This document shows, in pieces, positions 43,115-54,814 of a DNA stretch of 64,000 nucleotides; the first letter of the stretch is position 1; each line of letters begins with the position of its first letter. Under the pieces are notes generated by a model, which ran no database searches, was not told the origin of the DNA, and worked only from the letters and a program-made list of their open reading frames with translations. The stretch covers positions 334,747 to 398,746 of the forward strand of contig NW_005434620.1 of NCBI RefSeq assembly GCF_000315625.1. The letters are read 5' to 3'. The stretch comes from Guillardia theta CCMP2712 (lineage: Eukaryota; Protista; Cryptophyta). The position numbers and the translations under genes are program-made.

Positions 43115-46100
43115 ATGTTGAGATGGCGGCGGCTTGTCTTCTTGGCCGGCGTCCTTGTCGTGTTTGGGTTCATCAACCTGATCATGCTCTCTAGCCTGTC
43201 CGACGACCCAGCGCTCGACGTCCGCAGGCACGAGCACTTCCTGAGCCCCTCGGAGGGAGGGCGGAGGAGCTTCAGGGACCGAGCGAAGATGGCGATCCAG
43301 AGCATCCTGAAGAGGAGCACACGGCGAAGAGCCGTCATTGTGACCAGCCTGCCCCTCGACCACAGCGTCGGAGCCCTGCTGCATGTGCTGGTGGAGAACG
43401 GGTTCAAGACCAAATTCTGCCGGGAGGAGGTGAACTCCTGCCTGGCTCCTCCTCCGGACGGGCAGGTGGTGTACAGCTTCGCATGGCTGAAGCGGGAGGG
43501 GCATGAGCTGGCGGAGAGGGTGAGGGGGTCGGTGGTGACTATCAACTCGTTCGGGGCCGGGTGGAAGATGTGGAGCAGGCGATCTCTGTGCTTGGCGAGC
43601 AGCAGGAACGCGCGCTGGTTCAACGGATCCTCCGGCTACATCGACTGGCATCCCCCGTGTTTCAATTTCCCTGCGCGGGCTGAGGACGTGTACAAATTGA
43701 AGGGATCGGAGGTGAGGGGAACATTCAGCGACCGAGAAGAACACTGTCTTGCTGTCTTGCTGTCTTGCTGTCTTGTCATATTTTCTGCTTTCTCTAATCT
43801 CTTTTGTTTACTCTTCTTCTTGACTTCGTGTCTTCTCTTCACTTCTGTTCGTCTTTCCTTCTTCCCTGCCAACTTCGCTTCTCCAGCATACCATTTCATA
43901 TCATGTCTCAAGCCGTGTTGACCTGACCCGTCGTTCTCAGAAACCCTGGATCCTTCACAGTTCAAGTCAACCCAAGAAGACTTTGTTTCGGTCAGGGTGA
44001 GTTGTTCTCCGTGGTTGATCATCCAGCGTTACGTTAAACCGTTCCCTCCAGTTCTGAGGCCATCGAAAACGTACAAGTCGGCGTGTTGCAGGCAAATACT
44101 GCCTGTCTAGCCTGCCTGCCTGCTGACAGCAATGTGAAGGAGTACATCTCAAGCCCGCTCCTGATCTACGGCAAGAAGTTTAGCCTGAGATTCTACGTCG
44201 CTGTGAGCTCAGAACGATCAGTTGTGTGAAGTTCCATGACAAGGAGGGCAGGTCACGTCGTTGAACCCTCTGCGCTCCTACATCTTTGACGACGCCAACG
44301 TTGCGCTTGCTCGTGAGGCCTTCTCGGTGAGACGAGGACGTCCTGACCGTCCTGACCGTCCTGACCGTCCTGACGGTCCCCGTGGCTGCTAGGGAGCGAG
44401 CGAGGAGGGGCACAGGACCTCGGAGGTGGAAGGAGACGCGAAGATGGTACATGGGCAGTTGATGGGGAAGCGACGCGTTGACTGGAAGTCCCTGCCGCAG
44501 TTGACGTGGAGGGGCAGAAGAGCGTGCTGGAGTACCTGAACGCGTCGGGACTTGAGGTGGAGGAGAGAAGGGGAGGAGGAGACGCTCAATGGGGCCTGGC
44601 AGGTCGGGGACCTCGAGAGGAAGATCGAGGAGAGGATCGCCGTTGCTGTGCTATCCGCCTGCACCCTCCACTCGTCCCCTGTTGATGTGAGACAGGAGGA
44701 AATGACTACTTGCTTCTCTTGACTGATACGTCAACTCCCCTCCCTCCCTACCTCCCTGCCTGCGTGCCTCCATCCCTCCCTCCTCTCGCTCCCTCTCGCT
44801 CCCTCTCCGCCCTCCGCCCTCCGCCCTTGCTTCCTCTCTCCCTCTCCGCCTTCCACCGCCCATTTCTTGGTCTCCCTTGCACTTTTCCTACAGGGTGCTT
44901 CTCGCTTGCGACGCTTCAAGCTCCTGGCTGTACATGTCTTGATTGATTCTTCTCTTTCCCCGTGGGTTGTCAAGGTGAAGAATCTCCTTCATCATCTCCT
45001 ATATCACTCCTGCATTGTTCTTCTCTCAGCTGACGAAAGGGCCTCCTGTCCTCACTTCTTCTCCTCTCTTCCCTCCTTCCCTCCTTCCCTCCTTCCCTCC
45101 TTCCCTCCCCCATCTCCTCCTCCTCCCCACCCGCCCCCTTCCTTCCCTCTTCTCCTCTCCCCTCCTCTCCCCTCCTCTCCTCACTCCCCTAACACGTTTG
45201 CCCACTGCTTCAGATCGACCCCTCCCCCAACCTCAACGTCCGCAGCATCTCAAAACCATCGGCGAAGCCACTGCAAAAGGCCTTCAGAAAGCTGCTGGCG
45301 GCACAGGAAGACCGCAAGAAAATGTCCTGGCTGACTCGTTTCAACACCATCAGACTTTTCTCGCGCATGAGACAAACAGGTCTGAGACAACCCTCCTTCT
45401 TCCTCCTTCCTCCTCCCTCCCACCATTCTCTCCTCTCTCCTCACTTCCTCCTTCCACCCTCTTCTCCCTCCTCCCTTTCTCTCCCCTCCCGTCGTCTCTT
45501 CCTCCCTCCTCCCTCTTCATCCCTGCTCAACCATCCACCACAGCCGAGATGAAGGACGACGAGTTCACTCCAGGAACCAAACTTCGGGTCAGCTTGCACG
45601 TCTTGCAACAGAGTCTCTGACTGCTGACGGTCAGGTCGACATGCTGAGTGGACTACTGAAACTTCTCGACGTCCATGGCATCTCCCCGTCTCCTAAGAAG
45701 AGACTTACAGAGGAGCTGCTCTTGACCTCCCTTGAGAAGAAGGTCGACGACTTCCCCTCTCTGTACCTCTGCTTTCTCGCTCCCTTGACCCCTCCTATTT
45801 CCTTCCTGAAATTTCTCCGCTCCCTCTCCCTCACCCTCGGCGCTCTCTGCCTCTGCCTCTGCCTCTGCCTCTGCCTCTGCCTCTCCGAGGTTTCCTCTCC
45901 CCCCCTCCCCTCATCCTCTGCTCTGCCTCTGCCTCTTCCCCCTCTGCATCCATCTCCATCCTCTCTTCTCCCCTCCCGTGCATGCCTCCTATCTTCCTTT
46001 CATCCCTCCCCCCACCTCCCACTTGCCGCCCTGACGTCACTTCAGATCTCCTCCTGCGTCAACAAGTCCATCGACGAGATGACGTCCAAGAGCAGCGAGA

Positions 46101-46456
46101 GCAGCGCGAGGAAGGTAACGGGCCGGATGGACTGCCGTCTGTGCCATGACAGGCTTTCTCCCGCAGCAGGTGTCAGGCAAGCAGATCAGCGCCATTGTAG
46201 CCTTCGAGCAAGAGAGGAGGAGGTTGAAGGGGCGGGGGGTGGCGAGCTTTGTTTCCCCGGGAGGGGGATATGCGGAAGATTCGCAGGCAGGTGTCTTCGA
46301 GGAGGAAGGACCTGTTCCTGCAGTGGTGGATCCTTCATCAGAGGTCACGATGTTTTGCGAGTGCGGGTCAAACTTGATCAAGCTGTTATGCTGCCTTTCC
46401 TTGTTTCAAGTATGATGTTTCATGAATCTTCCATGTTAGCAATCATTGTCTTCTAA
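43115..46456 (+). CDS. Tubulin-tyrosine-ligase-like (ATP-grasp) protein with N-terminal signal anchor, multi-exon (3' end approximate)
   Basis: TM LVFLAGVLVVFGFINLIML. TTL motifs WLIIQ, EYISSPLLIYGKKFSLRFYVAV|TSLNPLRSYIF and FKLLAVHVLIDSSLSPWVVK|IDPSPNL. Confidence 0.7.
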
Positions 46457-47601
46457 CTTTACTCTGGAGCTCGCTGGCCCCTCGATCAACTTTAGCTTGT
46501 ACCTGCTTCCCGCTCCCTCCCTCCCTCCCTCCCTCTCTCCCTCCCTCCCTTCTTCCTCCCCCTGCTCCTGCTCCTCCCCCTGCTCCTCCTCTTCCTCTTC
46601 CACTCCCTGCAAGGCCTCGTCCTTGCCGTCGTACTCCCCTTGCGATCCTTCTACCTCTGCTCCTCCTCCTACCCCATCACGTTTCCTTCCACTCGTTGAA
46701 CCTTGACATATCATCAACACAACTTCGCTCTTCCCCTCCCCTCCTCTTACCACTCACTGTCGCTCATCAGCTCCAACACCTTCCTTGTTGGACCCTCTGT
46801 GACAATCTGAGCAACATGGTACAGTTCCTCCTCCTCCTCCTCCTCTCACCTTGAGCCAAGTCCGCTCCTCCCCACCTCGTGATGTATGCTGGAGGACCAG
46901 TCTGTTTGCATTGTTTAGGATCATGATGATGATGTTTGGATGATGATGATGATGATAATGATGATGATGATGGTGGTGGTGGTGGTGGTGGTGGTGGTGG
47001 TGATGGAATGATGGAAATGGTGGCGGCGGCGGTGGTGATGATGATGATGATGACGACGACGACGACGATGATGATGATGATGATGATATGATGATAATGA
47101 TGATATGAAGAAGAAGATGATATCTTGATGATAGTAGATCTGAAGATGGCGAGAAATCCCTCACATCAGGTTCAGCATAGAGAGCAGAAACGTTGGAGGC
47201 CGCGAGGAGTTCCATCTCTCTCAGCTCTCTAGCGCAGGAAGGAAGTCAAAAACATCTTGGCCTTGAAGAGCTCCAGTACCTGTCCCTGTAGTACTTCTCC
47301 TTCAATCTCGCCGCATCCTCCTCGCCATGAACTGACGACTGTCAGTCACGCGCTGAGAGACGAAGAGGAGGAGATCACCTGAGCTTCGCAGTGCTGTACG
47401 CCCTCCTCCTTCGTACCGTGCACCAGAGCGCAAACTACGTGGAAGGGGGCGCGAGCTCAGGAACGCATGGGCTGCCGGCGCAGGCAGAGAGGAGGAGGAG
47501 GAGAGGGAGGAAGTTAGAGCAAGCAGGACAACCAGGAACGAGCAAGGGAACGCGTAATGATGAACTCTCGCAGCCCCTCGAGCCTCTTCCCCCTCCTCCA
47601 T
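46436..47601 (-). CDS. Hypothetical protein with probable bipartite plastid-targeting presequence, multi-exon
   Basis: FLVVLLALTSS...AAHAFLSSRPLPRSLRS (signal, AF motif, transit-like segment); downstream exons ELREMELLAASNVSALYAEPD and EELYHVAQIVTEGPTRKVLELMSD. Confidence 0.4.
46921..47110. repeat. Compound (GAT)n/(GGT)n/(GAC)n microsatellite in intron
   Basis: Directly visible. Confidence 0.95.
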
Positions 47602-47789
47602 CGCGTCTCCACCACGGTCCCTAAGGACTTCGCTGATTCCGCCAAACGCCCCCTTTGCCCCCTTGTACCCCTTTTCTTCCCCCCCTCCCTGAATCCCCGC
47701 CGCCGCCGACTCGTCCTCCTTGGATCTGCCAGCCCTCCCGCTTCTCGCTCTTTCTCCCTCCTCCCTCCTCCCTCCTCCCTCCTTCCTGC

Positions 47790-49845
47790 ATGTCTTCTAC
47801 AGCTGTATGGCGAACATGTTGGCCGACAACTATCGTCATGGTCGCGTGCATGGCGGCAATCCAGGCAGCAGGAGCGGCTGCGCCTTCCCATCCTCCAGCC
47901 TTCGTTCTTCGCGCCCCCTCGCTGCATGGAGCACAAGTTATCAACCGGCGGAGGTCACAGAGAATGGCGGTGACCGCCATAATGGAAGGTGATGGCGGGG
48001 GAGGCGGACGGAGGAGGGAAGGAGGGTGACGCTTGTGGAAGCAGAGGAGGTGAAGGTCAAGGCCTGACAGCGGGTCTCTCTGCCAGTGTACTCGGTCTGC
48101 TCAGGGCAAGGGAGCCGAGCGAGCATGAACATCGCAACGTACGTCAGGTATCCGCCATGTGTGTCAGGGGGTGCGAAACTTACCCGGTCATGGCCAGCGC
48201 CGCCTCGATCCCCCGCGAAGGGCAGGCGCCCATGTACTCGGTCGCGCTCTTCAAGACCTCGGTGTCGTATGAGAACGTGAAGGCAAGCGGGGAGATGCTG
48301 CTGCAGCTGCTGAGCAAGGAGCAGGTTCAGGCTGCGAGGGTACGAACATGAGAGCTGGCTGACTCTTAGAGCCTGCAGTCGAACCTCGTTGAGACCCTCG
48401 GGAGGAAATCAGCTCGTGACGTCGACAAGCTTGAGGAGGCGATGAAGCTCGGGTACCAGGTCGGATACCACGATGACATCCCCTTCATCGAAGAATCGCT
48501 CTTCGTGTGCAAGCTCCAGGTGTCCTCCTGCCCCCCAAAAAAGCCCCCAAAGGGAGATAAGCTTGGAATAAATGTTCTTGCAAGGAGAATACGGAGGCCC
48601 ATGTGTTTTATCTGGTTGATGCAATGATAAAGAACATCCAACATCGTTCGACATGCTGCCACGGATATTACGAAACACGCCCCCTATCGCAATCTCGACG
48701 TTCTAGTCGAAAGAGATGGGCGTGACGTGGCTATTCGTTCGTGCCTAGGGATGATAGGTCACACGAGGATGTATACTTTGGATAAACTGCTCTAATCNNN
48801 NNNNNNNNNNNNNNNNNNNNNNNNNNNNNNNNNNNNNNNNNNNNNNNNNNNNNNNNNNNNNNNNNNNNNNNNNNNNNNNNNNNNNNNNNNNNNNNNNNNN
48901 NNNNNNNNNNNNNNNNNNNNNNNNNNNNNNNNNNNNNNNNNNNNNNNNNNNNNNNNNNNNNNNNNNNNNNNNNNNNNNNNNNNNNNNNNNNNNNNNNNNN
49001 NNNNNNNNNNNNNNNNNNNNNNNNNNNNNNNNNNNNNNNNNNNNNNNNNNNNNNNNNNNNNNNNNNNNNNNNNNNNNNNNNNNNNNNNNNNNNNNNNNNN
49101 NNNNNNNNNNNNNNNNNNNNNNNNNNNNNNNNNNNNNNNNNNNNNNNNNNNNNNNNNNNNNNNNNNNNNNNNNNNNNNNNNNNNNNNNNNNNNNNNNNNN
49201 NNNNNNNNNNNNNNNNNNNNNNNNNNNNNNNNNNNNNNNNNNNNNNNNNNNNNNNNNNNNNNNNNNNNNNNNNNNNNNNNNNNNNNNNNNNNNNNNNNNN
49301 NNNNNNNNNNNNNNNNNNNNNNNNNNNNNNNNNNNNNNNNNNNNNNNNNNNNNNNNNNNNNNNNNNNNNNNNNNNNNNNNNNNNNNNNNNNNNNNNNNNN
49401 NNNNNNNNNNNNNNNNNNNNNNNNNNNNCCCCCCCCCCCCCCCCCTCCCCCCCCCCGACCCTTTCCCTCTCCTGCACTTCTCCCTTTCTCCTGGCATTCG
49501 TTCCCTCCTCGCTCTATGACTCTCTCTCTCTCTCCTCTCCTCCCTTTCGCCCTCCTGCCTCCTCTCTCCCTGCCTCCTGCCTCCTGCCTCCCCCCTCCTG
49601 CCTCCCCTTCTCCTGGGGTGGCCCCTCCAACCTTCTCCTACGATTGCCAGCATGACAAAGTGGTGCAGGTACGGGGATGGCTGGATGCGAGCGACCACGA
49701 GCTCACACTCTGCGAGGCGAGCGCGAGTTTCCTGGTTTGCAGGAGGCTGACGATGCAGGAGCAGGTAACCGACATCATTGCCTCGCGTCCAGGAGAGACG
49801 CTGTACACAGGGTACCTCAAGGAGATCGGAGTCCTTCCCAGATGA
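47790..49845 (+). CDS. Flavin reductase-like (FMN-binding split barrel) protein, probably plastid-targeted; one intron spans the assembly gap
   Basis: Signal plus PAFV transit-like leader. YSVCS..ASMNIATY, YSVALFKTSVSYENVKASGEMLLQLLSKEQ, LGRKSARDVDK, WLDASDHELTLCE, GETLYTGYLKEIG. Confidence 0.78.
48798..49428. other. Assembly gap (N run)
   Basis: Run of n characters. Confidence 1.
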
Positions 49846-49929
49846 CAACAGAGGGGATAAAGTTGCTGACTTCATTCATGTTCGAGTTTCTCCTCACCGC
49901 AGCCTCTATGATACCGACTTTTGACTGTG

Positions 49930-51590
49930 CTAACTGCCACTCCGCAAGCTCTGTCCGACCACCAGGGCCCCTGCCAGGAGAAGTCACTACCAAGGCAGGA
50001 CGATAGCAAGAGATTTACCGTCATCACCGGATGAGACGAACCTCGTTCCACTCGGATTGTAGTCCACCGCCCAAACCTGATGAAGGCAGAGGAGATTATT
50101 ACGCAGCCCCCACAGCCCCCTCTCCTGCTGCCTTCCCCCTGCCGCCAACCTTCCTCGAACTCCTCCCTGGTCCGCTTCCGCCCTTCACCTGGTCGGTGTG
50201 TTCTTCGACAATTTGACTCAGCTGCCGTTGAGCAAGATCCCAAACTCGAACTTTCTTGTCACTCCCGCCGCTGATGCACTCTGGCCTGCATTCCGACTGC
50301 TCAACACCAAGAGCTCCCCGTCACCTCTGCTCATCTCCCACCTCGAAGGGTTGTGAGCAACCGACAACACCCATGAATCATGCCCAGGCAGCATCGCTGC
50401 GTTCCTGTACGTTCAACCTTCAGCCTTGGCCACTCACAATAGCTAAACTGTCGAGTTGTCTTACGTCTTTGCAGAAACGTCATGAATCATGATTGATTTG
50501 TCTTGGCTTCCCGTCAAAACGGTCTGAGAATCTAGCAAACGATCACGTTGGAAGCCATGCTTGCTCCACTGAAGCACCTGGGCTCCATGCAATCGACCTG
50601 ACGGCACTGCTGTGCGCTTCCAGTTTCCGGATCAAGTTGCCGTTCTCTGCATGTCAAAACCATGAGACTCGCAAGTTTTCTGCTCATCCGATTGACCTGT
50701 GTCGAACAAGCTCACAACTCCATCATTGGATCCAGCAGCGATCATCCTAGGTATTTACGTGAACCCTCAATATTTCCAACCGAAAACATGTCAGGACCTG
50801 CCACAAGGACTGTAGGCTGTAGCCAGGATGAATCGTCCATCCGACTTGATGGTAGCCTACCAGGAACGAGGTTCAACGACTGTATGGGTGGTGGAAAGGA
50901 ACCTCAGGCTTGTCTTCCTTGGAGTGAGTCTGATACACATTTATCTTCCCCGTCTGAGTTCCAGACGCTAACATCTCCCCCTACGAGACCAGTCATGCAC
51001 GCGAGGTCTTGATAGGGTGTCCATACCGATGGGTGGAAGCAGACAGTCCATGTTTCAACAAGTCCAGGATCTATACTCCTCTGTACAGCTCTTTCCTCTG
51101 TGTTGCTGCTGTTACCATGAAGACACAAAGGTGTCAGGGCAAGTACCCAAATTCCATATTCTTATCCTCCCATCTAACGAGCTAACAGCGCACAGCTTGC
51201 CGTCCCTGCAAGCCAGGTTTGAGTACACAGAAGGGACCGGTGGAGTGATGCAGGCTGAAGCTTACTTCGTGGCTGACACAGAGACGACGCCAAGGAAATG
51301 ACCAGGAAAGGTCGAGATGGGCTGAACTTCTATCTGCTGCATCTTTTCGCCGGAGTCTGAAGCCATTTTCCATACCTTGACAACACCATCATTGCTACCA
51401 ACCACTCGACACTCCATCTTACCTTGACTGTCTCATCGATTGATCCGGAAATCAGCCTATCGTCCTGTGGCCATGAAAGTGCCCATATGCTATCCTCATG
51501 TAGCGCATTCTTTTTCTGAGTCTTGTAACTGGTCAAAGTACCCCGTCAGCGAAGGATCCGATACCGATCTAAATCCCTCCCCATGACCAT
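49930..51590 (-). CDS. WDR61: WD40-repeat protein, WDR61/Ski8-like, multi-exon
   Basis: HEDSIWALSW...LISGSIDETVK|VW; GHFLGVVSV; SIDPGLVETWTVCFHP; LEAHSSAVRSIAWSP; final GDDG|ALV. Confidence 0.75.
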
Positions 51591-51962
51591 TTCAAAGAAC
51601 CATGATGGGGACAAGTGAACAGGAAACGAAACTAGTTAGAAGGAGGACGATGGGCGAAGTAAGATGGGCGAAGGAAACTTCGAGAATTTGGAGGGCGAGG
51701 GCGAGGGCGGGGACGAGGAACCATCTGGTCATGACCGAAACGATGGAGCGGCCATATGATGAAGGAGGGGGAGAGGAAGTACAGGTGCTGAGGAGAGGCA
51801 GAGGAGGAGCAAGGGGAAGGAAGGGTCATGCTGTACAGTAGATCCCAGCACCTCTCACTCCTTCCCGTCTCCCTCTTACCTCTGCATGCCGCCCCTGTCG
51901 CCCGCCGCCAACGGAGCCCACATCCCCCTTCAGACCGACCTCGAAAAACCTCCTCTGCAAAC

Positions 51963-53168
51963 ATGGCGGCGCTACCATCGCCGCCACAAGTGGCTGGGCA
52001 GCAGGCACCGCAGGAAGCTGCTCATGAGGTAGCGCACGATGCTGAAAGGGCGCATCCGAGCTCCTTCTCGTTGGAGTCAGCGCACGAGTATGCAGGACAA
52101 GCTGTGCCCCCGCTCAATGGTGGCGAGGGGGTCCTGTCTGATGGCCAAGCGGAAGATGCGAAGGTGGATGGCGATGGGACGAGGGTGAAGTCGAAGAGCT
52201 GGAACACGTCGGCAGACATCCGACTGATGCACTCTGCGAACGAGCCGACGGCAAGGGCTATCTTCAAGGGTTTTTTAGAAAATGAGGATAAGATCGACTC
52301 TCCAGCGAGGGGTCCTTTGAACGAGCAATTTTGGGTGACTGTGGCCGGCATTTTCAATGACCCAGGATATGCACCCAGCAACAAGTACCCTCAAGATCGA
52401 ATTGTATCCTCCCTTCGTCCTGACATGATTCCTGATCCTCGGGACGCTACCTATCTTCGAGCTCAGTTCAGAAAACTTTGCTCTGCGTATCTATCAGCAA
52501 GAGAGTGGTACGAGAGGGACGCTAGAGGTGACGCGCACTTCTATGAATATTGCCATAGTGGAAATCAGAGCAAAAAAGACAGCAAGACCGGTCAAACGCG
52601 GAATAATCGGGTGATTTATTACTTTCACCTGCTGTACAAAGACGACCCAAATTTCCAATCGATCGCACGTGTGTACCAAAACAGCGCTAGGAGGTCCGGA
52701 GCTTCCGAAAAGAATGGATCTATCAGCGACAATGCTGAGTCAGGTCATAACGCGGGCATACAGAGCCATTCTTCCGGAGGACGAGGACTGATGCCCGTTT
52801 CGTCGACGATATCATGCGCTCCAGCTGACTTCGCGACAGAGGGGAGGATGCAGAGGCTTTCTAGCATGCACGCGCAAGACATGAACGTGAAGTGTGCCAA
52901 ATCGATGGAGGAGGCGCTAGGCGTCCTCAGAGAGTTGGTGGCTGAGCGTCAGTCCAAGAAACGGCTGAGAGAGTCCCGCGAAAGCATCCGAAAGTCGTCG
53001 GAAATAACAGATGCAGTCACAAGGTTGCAGATGCAATTGCGTGAGCTGCGGCAGGACTTGGCGGTGGAGAATTTGGAAACGGAAGAGCGAAAGATATTGG
53101 AGAAACAAAAGCAGCTTGCTTTGAGTCAAATCCAAAAGCTCCAGCTTGAACTGGAATCAACAACATGA
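51963..53168 (+). CDS. Intronless protein with Myb/SANT (trihelix)-like DNA-binding region and C-terminal coiled coil
   Basis: About 400-aa open frame; WNTSADIRLMH, FWVTVAGIFND, YLRAQFRKLCSAY, IYYFHLLY; heptad-rich C-terminus. Confidence 0.6.
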   Translation: MAALPSPPQVAGQQAPQEAAHEVAHDAERAHPSSFSLESAHEYAGQAVPPLNGGEGVLSDGQAEDAKVDGDGTRVKSKSWNTSADIRLMHSANEPTARAIFKGFLENEDKIDSPARGPLNEQFWVTVAGIFNDPGYAPSNKYPQDRIVSSLRPDMIPDPRDATYLRAQFRKLCSAYLSAREWYERDARGDAHFYEYCHSGNQSKKDSKTGQTRNNRVIYYFHLLYKDDPNFQSIARVYQNSARRSGASEKNGSISDNAESGHNAGIQSHSSGGRGLMPVSSTISCAPADFATEGRMQRLSSMHAQDMNVKCAKSMEEALGVLRELVAERQSKKRLRESRESIRKSSEITDAVTRLQMQLRELRQDLAVENLETEERKILEKQKQLALSQIQKLQLELESTT

Positions 53169-54814
53169 TAGTGATAGTACTCGAGGCACGGCAGGCCAGA
53201 GAGATTGGAAGTACGGTAAACTGAGGCGAGAAGAGGGAATGGCAACGGTAATTGAATGAATTGAGAACACTGTTAGCTGGTGGTAGTACATGTGAATGGC
53301 ATTAGCTTGACGGTCGACACAGTGAGTCAGAAGTTGCTATCTGAACAGTGGGCGCTCACTGTCATGGAGAATCCGATTGAATCGAACCGGGATTCCGACT
53401 CCGCGGGTGAGTTCAGCCGCCGCCGCCGGCCCGCCGCGGCGCTTGTGACGGCGAATCGGACTGTCGGAGGGCCGATCACCAGGCTGGCACTGAGTGCCTA
53501 TGATAAGCCGCTGAAGTCATTCCGAACTTGCGTGCAGCGGCTCCGCGGCCACGAGGCTCACGGTACGCTGGTACGCCGTACCGGCGGTACGGTATGGTAA
53601 GCGCAAGGACCTCTTAGTCCTTCGAGTTGTGGCCGCGCCCCAACCTCCCCCGGGCGGCCGCTGGCCTGACCTACGGTACTTAGTACTCCGAGGCTGGCGG
53701 CACTGGGCTCCTAAGTTTATCTAAACCGCAGTGGTCTCACTGTCAGCCTCTGTCAGTGTTGCAGCGGCTGAGGTGCCCGGCCCCCCGGGCGGCCCGGGTG
53801 ACGACTCACGCTTTGCACCACACTAAAGAAGTCTCGACGTCTTACGTCTCATGACCCGGATGATCGCAACTTAATGGTCACGGCCGCGGTGAACGGACTG
53901 TACTCTCAGCCGGGCTACTAGAATACTCCGGGGCCTGTAGTACCGTACGACGGTATCATATACGGTACGGTACCATGCGGGCCTACGGTACCATGAGAAG
54001 GCCCGTGAGGTGTGAACCAAGTCAGATTCCAATTCCGCAGATCACACGGCCGTCACGGTCATTCCGAATTACCCAGTTTAGCTCAAGGCTGACATAGGTA
54101 ACTAAACGTCCTATCACCCCGGTCAAAGTTCACAAACAGAAAAAATTTCGTCCACCCCCCCACCCCGTCCCTATCTTGAAGGCTTGACAGGACAGATAGG
54201 TACTTGGAGGGGGTACAGTAGCTGGAATCAAAGGGGTGATGGGTGGTTCCATTGCCCAGAGGTTTTGAAGGCTAGATAAGAGGGGACGTGGCCCTTCCTG
54301 TGAGAGTGGTAGGGTGGTGTGTACGAATGGTGGGGTACTGCATATCTACTCCGAGTAGTGGGGGTGGGGTATAACTGCGGAAAACTTCGTGGTGGAAATA
54401 GAATATTTAAAAAATGACTTTTATCTGTGGCCCAAACTATTCATAAAAAGTTTTTAAAATCACTCAACTTCGGTCGTTCCTCTAATACATATTTTTATAC
54501 TCCGTCTTAAAAACCTTTTAGAACATGTCTTTCGGAATCGGAATGGGAGGGCGCAATCGGCTGCAGGGTGGGTCCTGGCGGGTAGGTGGTGGTCACGGGT
54601 GGGGGTAAGGGGTACGGTGGTACAGAAAGTCGGGGTTGGGGGGTCTTGTGGTCAGTATGGGAAACAAAGAAACCCAGTTGTTTCACCCTACCCCCAAAAT
54701 ACCTGGGTTTGACACGGGTTATCACAGGTACCGTTCGAAGTTTTGACGGTGACGGTGGCGATGGTGGGAGCAAGGGGACATAGGGGACGACGAAGGAGAG
54801 GAACAGGAGGGTCG

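Noticed and set aside
48731-49875. Long ORFs spanning the N run
   Set aside because: Artefacts of the assembly gap.
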